The notes: generated from the sequence alone by a model not told the origin. DNA of 64,000 nt from an uncultured bacterium (GCA_963705915.1 OY970126.1:168306-232305); one strand, 5' to 3'. Positions 1 to 9,144 are shown, numbered from the stretch's first letter. Numbers and translations: made by a program.

Positions 1-268
1 TAAGAAAAGAGCTGAGCCCGCTGTTCTTGGCGGCGATTTTAATCTTTTTCCAGATACGCAAAGCCTGGAAATGATTCGAAGCGCCGGGTATCAAGACCTC
101 ATCAAAGAATATAATATTCCGACAACGCGAAATCGCTTGGCGTGGATTTATCCCGAGAAGCATCTGTTTGCCGATTATATTTTTCTTGATCGCCGCATCT
201 TGCTGAAAAGTTTTTCGGTTCCCAACATAGAAATTTCTGACCATTTGCCCCTTATATTGACCATTTAG
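1..268 (+). CDS. Endonuclease/exonuclease/phosphatase (EEP) family protein, C-terminal part (5' end outside window)
   Basis: Frame open from base 2: LGGDFN...ADYIF...ISDHLP, the EEP-fold motifs. Confidence 0.8.
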   Translation, partial: KKRAEPAVLGGDFNLFPDTQSLEMIRSAGYQDLIKEYNIPTTRNRLAWIYPEKHLFADYIFLDRRILLKSFSVPNIEISDHLPLILTI

Positions 269-294
269 GGGGCCTTTTAAAGGGTAACTATCCC

Positions 295-322
295 TTGACA
301 ACAAGTACAGGAGGCGTATACT
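295..322 (+). promoter_or_regulatory. Sigma70 promoter of the transposase (leaderless)
   Basis: TTGACA 295-300, 16-nt spacer, TATACT 317-322, ATG 6 nt later. Confidence 0.6.
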
Positions 323-328
323 TAGGGT

Positions 329-1138
329 ATGAACAAATACACCATTAAGGATTTCAGAGCGGAGTTCCCGACAGAAAAGTCATGCTTGGACTATATATTC
401 GCCCAAAAGCATCCTGATAAGGTCAAAACCCACTACTACGTGGCTGGCCGGAAATGCTATGCGGATTCAAAGGGCAAACAAATCCACCCTGTCGCAGGAA
501 CGGTCTTTGAGAAGTCCTCGACCCCTTTGACCTTATGGTTCTTTGCGATCTATTTGTTTTCGGTTTCGCGCAACGGGGTTTCGGCTATGGAACTTCAGCG
601 TCAGCTTGGAGTTACGTATAAGTGCGCTTGGAGAATGGCAAAGCAGATTCGGGCTTTAATGACGCAAGGGGACGGCAAGTTCTCCGGCATTGTTGAAGTG
701 GACGAAACCTTTATTGGTGGTCATCATAATCAAGCCAATAAGTTTAAGAAAAAGAGCGTTGTTTTCGGAATTGCTGAACGGGGTGCGAATGACATAAAAG
801 CATTTGTCGTCCGTAGTCGCAAGGGCAGTACGTTGCTCAAAAAGATTAAAGACAACGTGGAAAAGGGTACGCGTATCCATTCGGACGAGTTTGACCCTTA
901 TCATCGGACATGGAACATGGGCTATTCCCATTATTCAGTTAATCACTCACGCAGAGAATACGTGCGGGGCAAAATCCACACTAATACCATCGAGGGCTTC
1001 TGGGGACAGTTTAAGACTTCTTTGCGCGGGACTTACCACGCCGTTTCGAAGAAGTACCTACAGTCTTACGTGAACGAGTTTGCTTTCCGCCGGAACGTAC
1101 GGCCTGCGGTTTTTGCGGCGATGATGGCGAGGATATAG
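329..1138 (+). CDS. IS1595-family DDE transposase
   Basis: GVSAMELQRQLGVTYKCAW HTH, VEVDETFIGG, IHSDE, HTNTIEGFW, YVNEFAFR motifs. Confidence 0.93.
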   Translation: MNKYTIKDFRAEFPTEKSCLDYIFAQKHPDKVKTHYYVAGRKCYADSKGKQIHPVAGTVFEKSSTPLTLWFFAIYLFSVSRNGVSAMELQRQLGVTYKCAWRMAKQIRALMTQGDGKFSGIVEVDETFIGGHHNQANKFKKKSVVFGIAERGANDIKAFVVRSRKGSTLLKKIKDNVEKGTRIHSDEFDPYHRTWNMGYSHYSVNHSRREYVRGKIHTNTIEGFWGQFKTSLRGTYHAVSKKYLQSYVNEFAFRRNVRPAVFAAMMARI

Positions 1139-1187
1139 CGGCTCCGAGGAGCTTGTAAAACTTACCCTTGCTGTTGTCTTTGTCCAT
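1011..1187 (-). CDS. Small basic protein antisense to the transposase 3' end
   Basis: 58-aa ORF from ATG 1187 (MDKDNSKGKFYKLLGAA...KRRGKSRAKKS). Confidence 0.4.
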   Translation of the reverse strand: MDKDNSKGKFYKLLGAAISSPSSPQKPQAVRSGGKQTRSRKTVGTSSKRRGKSRAKKS

Positions 1188-1235
1188 AACTAAATTGTAA
1201 CTGATTCTTTGATATAATGAGTAGGCCAATTCTAT

Positions 1236-1309
1236 GGGCCCGTCGTATAGCGGTCTTATTACTGGTGGTTGTCATCCATCGAACTCGGGTTCGAATCCCG
1301 ACGGGTCCA
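1236..1309 (+). tRNA. tRNA-Asp(GTC), atypical, inside the IS
   Basis: Acceptor stem GGGCCCG/CGGGTCC, anticodon arm GGTGG-TTGTCAT-CCATC, T arm TCGGG-TTCGAAT-CCCGA; TGnTATAAT at 1210-1218. Confidence 0.85.
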
Positions 1310-1356
1310 CAGTTTGGTCAGTTGAAATAAAACACCTAAATCTGATATAATAGATA

Positions 1357-1490
1357 ACGGATGACAACCCACTTTGGTACATTTCTTTGAGGTTCTCGAG
1401 GACTTTAAGGTTTGTCCATTTCCTTGGATTCCGAGTTCTTTACTCGGACAAGTGTATCAACCAATTACCGCCAGCAATGGCGGTTTTTGG
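1357..1490 (+). ncRNA. Putative structured small RNA (four-way junction) inside the IS
   Basis: Promoter TTGAAA 1322-1327 and TGnTATAAT 1343-1351; closing stem 1374-1383/1451-1460 around three hairpins; terminator follows; no credible ORF. Confidence 0.45.
1467..1489. terminator. Intrinsic terminator between convergent IS cargo units
   Basis: ACCGCCA-GCAA-TGGCGGT followed by a T run. Confidence 0.65.
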
Positions 1491-1492
1491 TT

Positions 1493-1666
1493 TCATTTAT
1501 GCTCTTTATCTTTCCATTCAACCAAGACAAGTGCAATGATCGCCGAGAGTAAAAAAGTTATTATGATCGGATGATTTCGGACTGGAAGCGTAACAGTTAC
1601 AACAAAAGGAATCCATATCAGAACCGTGAAAACTGCCCATCGCTTTAATTCTTGTTTCCAGTTCAT
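1493..1666 (-). CDS. 57-aa two-TM membrane protein (not in ORF track)
   Basis: MNWKQELKRWAVFTVLIWIPFVVTVTLPVRNHPIIITFLLSAIIALVLVEWKDKEHK; ATGA overlap with the upstream ORF. Confidence 0.6.
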   Translation of the reverse strand: MNWKQELKRWAVFTVLIWIPFVVTVTLPVRNHPIIITFLLSAIIALVLVEWKDKEHK

Positions 1667-2139
1667 AGTTTAGAAAATATCACTTTAATTATATCCCATA
1701 CCGATTTTGGATCGCGCACAACAAGACCCCCTACAAATATTAAGATACCATACAACAACCAATGTTCCCTGAAAAGATACTCAAAAAAGTATAGCCATCT
1801 TATAATTTTCCAGCCCTTGGCTAATTTTCTTCCTTCGGAACTAATGACGATATGATTTATAACTACGACTGGAGGAGGGGCGGCGAGAGGGTTGGGAGAA
1901 GTCGGATTAAATAATGTCCCCTCGAAAATATATCCCTTTTCCGCACAATCTTCTAAGCAATCTTCAAAATCCCTTTTTCTATTCGAATTATTTTTTTGGT
2001 AAGAAGTGGTGAGTAAATAAGCAACAAAATCATTCCATCCCACTCCTTGCAAAACTCCATTGTTTCTAACTGGTACCACGACACCTACTTTTGGTTCGTA
2101 CTCATATAAGTACGTTAGTATCGTTTTCTTCATTAACAT
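1663..2139 (-). CDS. Hypothetical IS cargo protein with C-terminal TM helix
   Basis: AT-rich ORF; inward promoter ATGACA-17-TAGAAT beside the right inverted repeat suggests a start at 2139. Confidence 0.6.
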   Translation of the reverse strand: MLMKKTILTYLYEYEPKVGVVVPVRNNGVLQGVGWNDFVAYLLTTSYQKNNSNRKRDFEDCLEDCAEKGYIFEGTLFNPTSPNPLAAPPPVVVINHIVISSEGRKLAKGWKIIRWLYFFEYLFREHWLLYGILIFVGGLVVRDPKSVWDIIKVIFSKL

Positions 2140-2285
2140 GATTCTAATTCTAACAAATAATCGGTTACTTGTCATGAGGGGATAGTGTCCTTTTAAAGTT
2201 GCCTGTGCATATTTAAGGAGGAACGCTCAAAAAAGCCCAATAAAATGGGTCTTTTTGGTTGAAGAACTTCGAAAAGTAACGATAT

Positions 2286-2338
2286 TTGACGCTGTGGCGT
2301 AGTGGTATATAGTGATAGAGAAGTGGGGAATTGTGGAT
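2286..2338 (+). promoter_or_regulatory. mraZ promoter with putative MraZ-binding GTG(G) boxes
   Basis: TTGACG at 2286; GTG repeats at 2302, 2312, 2323 and 2333 (10-11 bp period), as known for MraZ operators. Confidence 0.55.
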
Positions 2339-2399
2339 AGAACTGGGGATAAACCCCCTTTTCTGTGCAGAACTCCGGGCTGGGAGGCCCGACAAAAAC

Positions 2400-2831
2400 A
2401 TGCTACTCGGCGAATACCAACACAATTTAGATACAAAAGGTCGAATGGCGGTTCCGGCAAAATTCCGCGAACAACTTTCGGCTGGCGCCATCATCACACG
2501 CGGAATCGATAACTGCTTGTTTATGTTTGGACACGCCGAGTGGGAAGAGCTCGCGAAAAAGCTGATCGCATTGCCGATCGCGCAGGCGAATGCGCGCGCA
2601 TTCGGACGGCTCATGCTCGCCGGAGCATCTGATGTCGAGCTCGATCACCAAGGACGAATTCTTATTCCTGATTATCTTCGCAAGTACGCCGGTCTTAAAA
2701 AAGAAGTGATCGTGACCGGACTTTATAATCGCGTGGAAATCTGGGACGAAGCGTCATGGAAGTCTTATAAGACCAAGACGGAAAATGCATCGGAAGCAAT
2801 CGCAGAAAAATTGGGCGAGCTAGGGATTTAA
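2400..2831 (+). CDS. mraZ: Division/cell-wall cluster regulator MraZ
   Basis: MLLGEYQHNLDTKGRMAVP...DHQGRILIP, two AbrB-like repeats. Confidence 0.95.
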   Translation: MLLGEYQHNLDTKGRMAVPAKFREQLSAGAIITRGIDNCLFMFGHAEWEELAKKLIALPIAQANARAFGRLMLAGASDVELDHQGRILIPDYLRKYAGLKKEVIVTGLYNRVEIWDEASWKSYKTKTENASEAIAEKLGELGI

Positions 2832-2860
2832 CCAAGCGCGGCGACCACGCGATCATCGCC

Positions 2861-3745
2861 ATGCACAACCCAGTTCTTTTAAAGGAAGTCATTGAAGCGC
2901 TCAATCCACGACAGGGGAATTTTATGATCGACGGTACCGTTGATGGCGGAGGCCATGCGGCGGCGATCATGCAGAACATTATGCCGGAGGGAAATTTTTT
3001 AGGTGTGGATTGGGACGAGGCGATGATTCGAAAGCGGATCGATGAAAAACAATACGGCGACCGCGAGCAATATGTCTGTGGGAACTACGCTGATTTGCCG
3101 GAAATAATTTCACGGGAACAATTTGGCAAGGCCGACGGATTATTGCTTGATCTTGGATTTTCTTCCGAACAGCTTGAGTCGTCGCATCGAGGATTCAGTT
3201 TTAAAGACGAATTCCGCGATGACCCGTTGCAGATGACCTATGATCCGTCGCGCCGTTCTGTTGCGGAGATTATCCGCGAAGAAACCGAAGAATCACTTGC
3301 CGACATCATCTATCAATTCGGTGGCGAACGACGCTCGCGCGCCATTGCAAAGGCCATCAAGCTTGCAGGTAGAAAGACTCCTATAACGACGACCGGCGAA
3401 CTCGCAGAAGTAATCAGAAAGGTGCTTCCGGGAAATTATGAACATGGGCGCATTGATCCCGCAACCCGCACGTTCCAAGCGCTCAGAATTTATGCAAACG
3501 GCGAACTAGAGAATATCGCAAAAGCGATTGAGAGTTTGCCTGACATTCTAAAATCGGGAGGGCGCGTTACGATTATCAGCTTCCATTCGCTCGAAGATCG
3601 CATCGTAAAGCAAAAGTTCCAAGCGCTCGCCAAGCAGAACACTATAACCATAATTACGAAAAAGCCGATAGCGGCATCGCGTGAGGAGATTGCAGAAAAT
3701 CCTCGCAGCCGCTCGGCAAAACTGCGCGTTGCAAAAATGATATGA
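2861..3745 (+). CDS. rsmH: 16S rRNA m4C1402 methyltransferase
   Basis: HNPVLLKEV, DGTVDGGGHA, DLGFSS, ATRTFQALRI, SFHSLEDRIVK, NPRSRSAKLR. Confidence 0.97.
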   Translation: MHNPVLLKEVIEALNPRQGNFMIDGTVDGGGHAAAIMQNIMPEGNFLGVDWDEAMIRKRIDEKQYGDREQYVCGNYADLPEIISREQFGKADGLLLDLGFSSEQLESSHRGFSFKDEFRDDPLQMTYDPSRRSVAEIIREETEESLADIIYQFGGERRSRAIAKAIKLAGRKTPITTTGELAEVIRKVLPGNYEHGRIDPATRTFQALRIYANGELENIAKAIESLPDILKSGGRVTIISFHSLEDRIVKQKFQALAKQNTITIITKKPIAASREEIAENPRSRSAKLRVAKMI

Positions 3746-4056
3746 CCTTTATTCAACCCAACAAACCAAAAAGCTTCCTCAATATTATTCTTGTTGCCTT
3801 AGTTGTCACCCTCCTCGCGGGAACATTTTGGCTTGTTGTGGTTTATAATCAAACCGTGAACACCTCGCATAACATTGCGACGGCAAAAGCAGAACTCGAC
3901 ACCATCGGATCCCAAAATACCGCGATCAGCAACCAGATTGTCGCAACGCTCAGCACAAACCAAGCCTCGGCTATCGCAGCCCAGGACGGCCTTGTGCAAG
4001 ACCAATCGCCGCAGTACGTCGCGATTAACAACCAATGGCCTATCGTTTCTCGGTAA
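3742..4056 (+). CDS. FtsL-like bitopic protein
   Basis: TM helix plus coiled coil between rsmH and the PBP gene; ATGA overlap. Confidence 0.6.
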   Translation: MTFIQPNKPKSFLNIILVALVVTLLAGTFWLVVVYNQTVNTSHNIATAKAELDTIGSQNTAISNQIVATLSTNQASAIAAQDGLVQDQSPQYVAINNQWPIVSR

Positions 4057-5675
4057 TTATCGGCAGCGTCATCATCGCGTACGCGGTTCTCATTTTTCAT
4101 CTCTATCAAATCCAGCTTGTGAAAGGCGGCTATTATCTCGCGAAAGCCGACTCTGAATTGGCGTCGGCGCAGGGGAGCGACGGCAACCGAGGCTCAATCT
4201 ACTTCACCGACAACACCGGAGCCGAATTGCCGGCGGCGATTGAGAAGGAATTCCCGATCATCTATGCCGTTCCGTCGTCGATTGCAAATCCTTTGCAAAC
4301 AGCAAATACCTTCGCGCCAATTTTGGGCATGTCAGCCTCGACACTCCAAAAGATTTTTTCAAAACCAAACGACGATTACGAATTGCTGGTCAATAAAGCT
4401 GATCAATCCGTGGCCGACCAGGTTGAGGAAGTAAATGCAAAAGGAGTGTATGCCGACGTCCTGAACGAGCGTTATTATCCGCTTGCGACCGTTGCGTCGC
4501 AAATCCTCGGCTACGTGGGTCCGAACGCTTCAAACAATGGCGAAAGCGGCAAATACGGCCTCGAAGAATACTATAACGATTACCTTGAGGGCGTGGGTTC
4601 AAGTGGACCGTCGACCGCTGGTGGTTCCGATTTGCAATTGACCATTGATCCGAATATCCAGATTGAAGCCGAAAAAGTTTTGGACGATCTTGTGACGGCG
4701 AATGGTGCAAATGGTGGCAGCGTGATGGTGGAAGACCCGCAAACCGGACGAATCCTCGCCATGGGGGCGGATCCGAGTTTCGATCCAAATAACTACGGAG
4801 CCTCGCCGATTGCAAATTTTTTAAATCCAAACGTGCAGGCTGTTTACGAACCTGGGTCGATCATCAAAGTGCTCACGATGGCGGCTGGAATCGATTCCGG
4901 GAAAATAACATCGAGTACAACGTACGATGACAAAGGCTACGTGAACGTTGATGGCGCGCACATCACAAACTATAACCTCACAACCTACGGCACCTACGGT
5001 CCTGGGACAACCATGACCGAAGTGATCGAACACTCTATTAATAGCGGCGCTATTTTTGCTGAAAACCAGACAGGAAATTCAATATTCACGGCATACATGA
5101 AGAAATTCCATCTCGACGAGAAGACTGGCATTGATCTGCCCGGTGAGGTTGCCGGAAACCTCACGCAGCTCAATCCCAAGTCGCCGCAAGTTGATTTTGA
5201 TACGGCGGCCTATGGGCAAGGTATTTCCATGACGCCGATTGAGCTCATGACGGCCGTCGCGTCGCTCGCGAACGGCGGCATTATGATGAGGCCGTATCTG
5301 AATGCTGCGCTATCTCCGGAGCCGCTCGGCCGTTCGGTGAGCACGAGCACGGCGACAGAAGTGACCGAAATGATGACGGCCGCCGTGGACGATGTCGTCG
5401 GCGCGCCAGCGATCAGCGGCTATTCCATTGCAGGAAAAACCGGCAGCGCCTATGTTCCAAATCCAAATGGAGGCGGCTATCTCAATGAACTCGACGACTC
5501 ATATATTGGCTTTGGGCCGACCTCGGATCCAAAGTTCATTGCTTTCATTCGTTTGAACACGTTGCCCGTGACGTCGCTTGCCGCAGAGAGCGTGGTGCCA
5601 GCGTTCAAGGAATTGGCGCAGTATATCATTAATTATTACAACATTCCGCCGGATCGGATTTCCGGAAATCAATAA
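4035..5675 (+). CDS. ftsI: Class B penicillin-binding protein (FtsI-like)
   Basis: N-terminal TM; SxxK (GSIIK), SxN and KTG motifs; dcw context. Confidence 0.85.
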   Translation: MAYRFSVIIGSVIIAYAVLIFHLYQIQLVKGGYYLAKADSELASAQGSDGNRGSIYFTDNTGAELPAAIEKEFPIIYAVPSSIANPLQTANTFAPILGMSASTLQKIFSKPNDDYELLVNKADQSVADQVEEVNAKGVYADVLNERYYPLATVASQILGYVGPNASNNGESGKYGLEEYYNDYLEGVGSSGPSTAGGSDLQLTIDPNIQIEAEKVLDDLVTANGANGGSVMVEDPQTGRILAMGADPSFDPNNYGASPIANFLNPNVQAVYEPGSIIKVLTMAAGIDSGKITSSTTYDDKGYVNVDGAHITNYNLTTYGTYGPGTTMTEVIEHSINSGAIFAENQTGNSIFTAYMKKFHLDEKTGIDLPGEVAGNLTQLNPKSPQVDFDTAAYGQGISMTPIELMTAVASLANGGIMMRPYLNAALSPEPLGRSVSTSTATEVTEMMTAAVDDVVGAPAISGYSIAGKTGSAYVPNPNGGGYLNELDDSYIGFGPTSDPKFIAFIRLNTLPVTSLAAESVVPAFKELAQYIINYYNIPPDRISGNQ

Positions 5676-5689
5676 CCTTTGTAATAAAG

Positions 5690-7006
5690 ATGAAAAAGTT
5701 TTTCATAAAAATATTGCGATGGAAATTGCGCCAGCTTGCGCGATTCACGCTCTGGCGTTATCGGCCGGGCATTATTGGCATCACCGGCAGTGCCGGAAAA
5801 ACATCAGCAAAGCTCGCGGTAAAAGCCGTCCTCGAAAAGGGACGGCGCGTTCGCATTTCGGAGGGCAATCTGAACAATGATCTCGGTCTGCCGCTCACGA
5901 TCCTTGGCGATTGGAAATCGAGGGACCTCAAGCTGATTAGTCGTGAGCAACCGCCGGGCACGGCGCGTTTTGCAAAGCTTGGGTTTTGGATGAAAGTCAT
6001 TTTTGGGGCTTGGTGGAGGATTATCTTCAAAACCAGCGACTATCCGGAGATCCTTGTCTTGGAATACGGCGCGGATCGACCTGGAGATATTAAATATTTG
6101 TTAACCATTGCACGGCCGAACGTGAGCATCATCACGGCGATTGGGGATGTGCCGGTGCACGTGGAATTCTATCCCGGACCGCTCGAAGTTGCGCGGGAAA
6201 AAGGGCGGCTCATTGAATATCTGCCGTCCGATGGCTATGCCATTTTGAACGGCGATGACGAAACCGTGCGTAACCTGCAATCGCGCACGCGGGCGCATGT
6301 AATAACGTATGGCTTCAGTCGCGGCGTCGAAGTGCGTGCGTCGAGGTTTGAAAATAAAGTGACGAGCGACGGGGAGCCCGTGGGTATTTCCTTCAAGCTT
6401 GAATATGCGAGCGGTGTCGTTCCGGTTCGCCTTGAAGGCGTTTTCGGTCGTGCCCACGCCTACGCTGCAGCCGCAGCAGCTTCTGTTGGTATAATCTTTG
6501 GCATGAACCTCGTTGCGATTTCAGAGGCGCTCGCAAATTATGAACCCCCCGAATCGCGCATGCAGATTGTGCCCGGCATCAAATACACCTGGGTCATCGA
6601 TGATTCGTACAACGCGAGTCCGCTCGCGATGCAATCAGCACTCGATACATTGCGCGATCTCCCCGCGCGCCGCCGCATCGCCGTTTTAGGCGACATGCTG
6701 GAAGTCGGCAAATATACGATTGAAGTCCATGAACGGATGGGCAAACTCGCCGCCGAATCAGCCGATGCGCTCTTCACCGTTGGCCCGCGCGCAAAGTTTA
6801 TCGCAGAAACTGCACTCAATGCTCGTATGAAGCGCGACAAAGTCTTTAGTTTTGATACGGCAGACGAAGCGCGTATCCCCGTGCAAAACTTTTTGCGGAA
6901 AGGGGACGTGGTTCTTGTGAAAGGCTCCCACGCGATGGAACTCAGCAAGGTGGTGCAAGAAATTCGGGACCAGACGCCAAAGACAGTTGCCGGACCCGAA
7001 CGGTGA
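5690..7006 (+). CDS. murF: UDP-MurNAc-tripeptide D-Ala-D-Ala ligase
   Basis: ITGSAGKTS, GNLNNDLG, DDSYNASP, LGDMLE, VLVKGS. Confidence 0.9.
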   Translation: MKKFFIKILRWKLRQLARFTLWRYRPGIIGITGSAGKTSAKLAVKAVLEKGRRVRISEGNLNNDLGLPLTILGDWKSRDLKLISREQPPGTARFAKLGFWMKVIFGAWWRIIFKTSDYPEILVLEYGADRPGDIKYLLTIARPNVSIITAIGDVPVHVEFYPGPLEVAREKGRLIEYLPSDGYAILNGDDETVRNLQSRTRAHVITYGFSRGVEVRASRFENKVTSDGEPVGISFKLEYASGVVPVRLEGVFGRAHAYAAAAAASVGIIFGMNLVAISEALANYEPPESRMQIVPGIKYTWVIDDSYNASPLAMQSALDTLRDLPARRRIAVLGDMLEVGKYTIEVHERMGKLAAESADALFTVGPRAKFIAETALNARMKRDKVFSFDTADEARIPVQNFLRKGDVVLVKGSHAMELSKVVQEIRDQTPKTVAGPER

Positions 7007-7024
7007 GGCTATAATCTTTCGGAC

Positions 7025-7099
7025 GCCGCTATCGTCTAGCCCGGTCCAGGACGTTGCCCTCTCACGGCAAAAACACCGGTTCAAATCCGGTTAGCGGTA
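7025..7099 (+). tRNA. tRNA-Glu(CTC)
   Basis: Acceptor stem GCCGCTA/TAGCGGT; TTGCC-CTCTCAC-GGCAA; GGTTCAAATCC. Confidence 0.93.
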
Positions 7100-7102
7100 C
7101 GA

Positions 7103-8668
7103 CTACTGAATATAAAAAATGTTACTCGATGGCGTTCCCACCGGAATGGTGCTCGTTTGGCCAGGCAATAAATATTGAATGTTGTGTTCCTCTTGCCCTT
7201 GCACGGTGAATGAGTCAGTAATGAACATCGTGGTCTCCGCGGGAACGGGGATACCGCGCGCGAGAACGCCGCCGGCGGTTACGACCACGTATTTCGGTAT
7301 GTTTGTTGGAAGCGCGTTGATCTCACGCCCGATTTCGACATAGTTTGCATTGAACGCGCCGGGGACGTTTGGGTTTTGTGCCCACATGATGAAGTAATCA
7401 TAGTAGCCGAAGAACGCGACGACGATCAGGAAAACAACGCCGAGGAATCTCGCAGCGTTTTTGCTGGCATGGTTACGGACGAGGTTGTAAATCCAAATGC
7501 CGGCAATCGCCGCAAAGATCATGGCGGGCACAACCATAAGAAGCGATCGCAGCGCATGAGGGATGCCTTCGTCCGAAGCGGCAGCGGGAATTGCGGCAAG
7601 AATAAACCACAAAAACGTAAGCCAGAGACCAAAAGAAGAAAGCGATGCAACGTCAAATACGGACGAGGCGGTTGTTGGTGGTCCAGCCGGTGAAACGCCT
7701 CGATTTTTCCGCCGTCGTTTTATGAGTGTGTATATCCCCAAAATAATGCCGAGCAGGAAGAGTATGCCGACGGGCCAGAACAGTTCCGGCGCGCCACTGA
7801 TGTTTTGTCGCCAGTTCGTGTCGCCATGGACATTGAACTCAAGCATCGTCTTCCCAAAGTTGATGGCAAATTCTTTTGCCGGGCTTTGCGCGTTGGTCAC
7901 CGAAATTTCCGATGTGCGGCCAAAGAAGTCAGACGGATTCTTTAAGAAAAAATAGCCGATTGGCGCGGCGACGATAAACGTGAGCAATATAAAAACAGCA
8001 ACGCGCTTCCAAAATCCTGGATTTTTTCTGAAGTATGGAATGAATAATAAAAATAAGAATGGGGTGATGCGATAGGCGATATAGGTGTAAAAACCGAGGC
8101 CGTAGATTATGCCCGCGAGCACGGCGTACATGTACGGCGATATATACCAAGGGGAGGAGGGTGGAGGTTCGTCAGATCTCGGCGATCGTGGCGTGGACCC
8201 TTTCCGTACAGCTCGTATCAAAAGATAAAGCGCCCACGTGAGCAGGAGCGGCGAGAGAATTGCTCTGAACCCTATGCGCGAAAAATTGATGTGCCAAAAC
8301 GACGTCGCAAGGAGGAAGGCGGCGAGCAGACCGATTTCATAACCGAATAATTCTGCAGCCAGCAAATATAATCCGAGGACGGTGAGTACGCCCGCAACTG
8401 CGGCAGGCAATCGGACGACCCAAGGTTCATAAACCGGCCACACTTTCAAAAAGAGCGCGATGATATTGACGTACAATCCTTCGCGACCGTTGTCTTCGGG
8501 ATAGAACACCTGAAAGTGCCCCGTCTGCGCCACCTCGACGGCATTGTTGCCATCCATCGCTTCGTCAGGATAGAGTCCTGGCGGTATGGTTGAGAAATGG
8601 TAGAAGCGCAGGAAGGTTGCTATAATGAGAACACCAACGAGCAGCCAAATGCGTGTGGATTTGCCCAT
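7103..8668 (-). CDS. GT-C fold membrane glycosyltransferase (ArnT/PMT-like)
   Basis: PPGLYPDEA, VRLPAA and WHINFSR motifs; many TM helices. Confidence 0.85.
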   Translation of the reverse strand: MGKSTRIWLLVGVLIIATFLRFYHFSTIPPGLYPDEAMDGNNAVEVAQTGHFQVFYPEDNGREGLYVNIIALFLKVWPVYEPWVVRLPAAVAGVLTVLGLYLLAAELFGYEIGLLAAFLLATSFWHINFSRIGFRAILSPLLLTWALYLLIRAVRKGSTPRSPRSDEPPPSSPWYISPYMYAVLAGIIYGLGFYTYIAYRITPFLFLLFIPYFRKNPGFWKRVAVFILLTFIVAAPIGYFFLKNPSDFFGRTSEISVTNAQSPAKEFAINFGKTMLEFNVHGDTNWRQNISGAPELFWPVGILFLLGIILGIYTLIKRRRKNRGVSPAGPPTTASSVFDVASLSSFGLWLTFLWFILAAIPAAASDEGIPHALRSLLMVVPAMIFAAIAGIWIYNLVRNHASKNAARFLGVVFLIVVAFFGYYDYFIMWAQNPNVPGAFNANYVEIGREINALPTNIPKYVVVTAGGVLARGIPVPAETTMFITDSFTVQGQEEHNIQYLLPGQTSTIPVGTPSSNIFYIQ

Positions 8669-8694
8669 GGATTTATTATAACGAACCCACTATT

Positions 8695-9099
8695 ATGCCG
8701 GACCAAGTTTCTTCTTTTGAACAGACGATCGAATCGGATTTGCGCCAGCTTGCGGCGGAGATCCAGCACAACCGCGAGCAGCCTGAATTCAAAAATGCTG
8801 GCGAGCAGGCCATCGTAAGGGAATCGATCAGGGCGTTTCCGGCACTGAATACCAATAATAATCAAGCGACTCCGGCTGCGCCTGCTCCGTCGCGAGGCGT
8901 CCTGCCGGCCTATGCCGACGCGGCGTCGCCCGAAGTGAAATTAGAAATCGAATATTTGCTTGACGTCGCCTTGAGACAGGGAATCGGCAAGGCTGTCACT
9001 GAATCAAAAAAGTCACCGTACTTTGTGCAAGACGCATTCCATGATGCGCTCGCCGGAAAATTGTATCCGGAACTCCAGAAGCGTGGCATCGTAAAATAA
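8695..9099 (+). CDS. Hypothetical protein
   Basis: Clean ORF directly upstream of the VirD4-like gene; ends DAFHDALAGKLYPELQKRG. Confidence 0.7.
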   Translation: MPDQVSSFEQTIESDLRQLAAEIQHNREQPEFKNAGEQAIVRESIRAFPALNTNNNQATPAAPAPSRGVLPAYADAASPEVKLEIEYLLDVALRQGIGKAVTESKKSPYFVQDAFHDALAGKLYPELQKRGIVK

Positions 9100-9144
9100 A
9101 ATTATAAAGCAGATCAGGCCCGCACGATTTGGTACCATTACTAC

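Larger units (their letters stand above)
283..2190 (+). mobile_element. IS1595-family element with passenger genes
   Basis: 8-bp direct repeat TTTTAAAG at 275-282 and 2191-2198; imperfect terminal inverted repeats GGTAACTATCCC (283-294) and GGACACTATCCC (reverse complement of 2179-2190); encloses the transposase. Confidence 0.8.

Noticed and set aside
2383-2399. GGAGG upstream of mraZ as an SD site
   Set aside because: About 13 nt from the ATG and inside a GC hairpin; a weak possible exception to the core-gene pattern.
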